Source: Chitinophagaceae bacterium (GTDB taxonomy: Bacteria; Bacteroidota; Bacteroidia; Chitinophagales; Chitinophagaceae). From it: 24,000 bases of DNA. The notes beneath the pieces are model-generated. The model did no database searches. It was not told where the DNA came from and saw only the letters and a program-made list of their open reading frames with translations. Every line of letters starts with the position of its first letter. Within the stretch, counting starts at the first letter, position 1. The stretch lies in assembly GCA_947447265.1 (NCBI GenBank), contig CANFKC010000008.1, forward strand, positions 68,081 through 92,080, in the 5' to 3' direction. A program made the translations under genes and the position numbers. Positions 23,360-24,000 of the stretch are shown in pieces.

Positions 23360-24000
23360 ATGAGAGTATTTAAATTTGGTGGTGCATCTATTGCAACGCC
23401 TGAAAGGGCCGCAGCCTTGCTGCCTGTAATTGCCACGGCAACAGAGCCGCTGGTGCTGGTGATATCCGCAATGGGTAAAATGACCAATGCGCTGGAAAAC
23501 ATTGTAAACAATGCCTGCGGCGGCAATAAAGATGCTGCACTTGACCTTACCCGAAAGCTGGAAGAACAGCACCTGGAATATGCAAAAGCCCTGCTTAGCC
23601 CTGAATATTACACTAAAGCGCAGGATGCGCTCAGAAAGTATTTTACCGAACTGGAAGAGGCCGTAAATGCTGCCGACGGAACGAGGTATGATTTCTCTTA
23701 CGACCAGATAGTGTGCATGGGCGAAATATTTTCAACACTTATTTATTCCATGTTGCTGGCACAGCATAATATGCCGCATGAATGGGTAGATGCCCGTACC
23801 ATAATAAGGACCGATGATACCTACCGCGATGCAGTAGTTGACTGGAACTACAGTAAGCAGCAGGTGCAGGCGGTAATAGGTCGCAAACTAAAGCAGGGTA
23901 AGAGCATACTCACCCAGGGCTTTATTGGCGCTACAACGCAGGGTAAATCGGTTACGCTGGGCCGGGAGGGGTCAGACTACACCGCGGCGATATTGGCTGC
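23360..24000 (+). CDS. lysC: Aspartate kinase, 3'-truncated by the window end
   Basis: Absent from the ORF track because it has no stop in the window. My manual translation from the ATG at 23360 gives MRVFKFGGASIATPER...VISAMGKMTNAL...GFIGATTQGKSVTLGREGSDYTAAILA, the classic amino-acid kinase signatures. Confidence 0.85.
   Translation, partial: MRVFKFGGASIATPERAAALLPVIATATEPLVLVISAMGKMTNALENIVNNACGGNKDAALDLTRKLEEQHLEYAKALLSPEYYTKAQDALRKYFTELEEAVNAADGTRYDFSYDQIVCMGEIFSTLIYSMLLAQHNMPHEWVDARTIIRTDDTYRDAVVDWNYSKQQVQAVIGRKLKQGKSILTQGFIGATTQGKSVTLGREGSDYTAAILA

Overview
The window looks like a mostly housekeeping chromosomal segment from a Bacteroidota genome, probably Sphingobacteriia- or Chitinophagia-like. 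The taxon call is an inference from three things: TTTG / TAnnTTTG promoter boxes with no Shine-Dalgarno sites, bamD-rpoZ synteny, and DUF4159, DUF3109 and PKD-lipoprotein genes. I can support about 25 protein-coding genes. They include an RlmK-like rRNA methyltransferase, an OstA-like protein, MlaD, FeoA, RibD, a DMT transporter, YigZ, QueG, an IS200-like/RAYT Y1 transposase, Pcm, a YjjG-like HAD hydrolase, RpoZ, BamD, HolB, DUF4159, RsmE, an ECF sigma factor, two tandem PKD lipoproteins, a GT1/GT28-like glycosyltransferase, an alpha/beta hydrolase, a CBS protein, DUF3109, and a 3'-truncated aspartate kinase. I found no tRNA, rRNA or CRISPR array, and no recognisable multi-gene defence, secretion or biosynthetic system. 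The unusual content is mostly noncoding. (1) Positions 1-1280 form an AT-rich islet. It holds two ~160-bp structured direct repeats separated by a block of three GC-rich hairpins, a promoter region dense in palindromes and phased repeats, and an orphan 151-aa ORF with ~21-residue periodicity. (2) A RAYT-type transposase gene abuts a nested, REPIN-like cluster of four REP hairpins. (3) At least three further families of small intergenic hairpin repeats are present, and one of them (CCCTGAAAGGG) occurs at two separate loci. (4) The two PKD lipoprotein genes are tandem paralogs. All functional calls come from reading the supplied translations against remembered family signatures. No database search was run.
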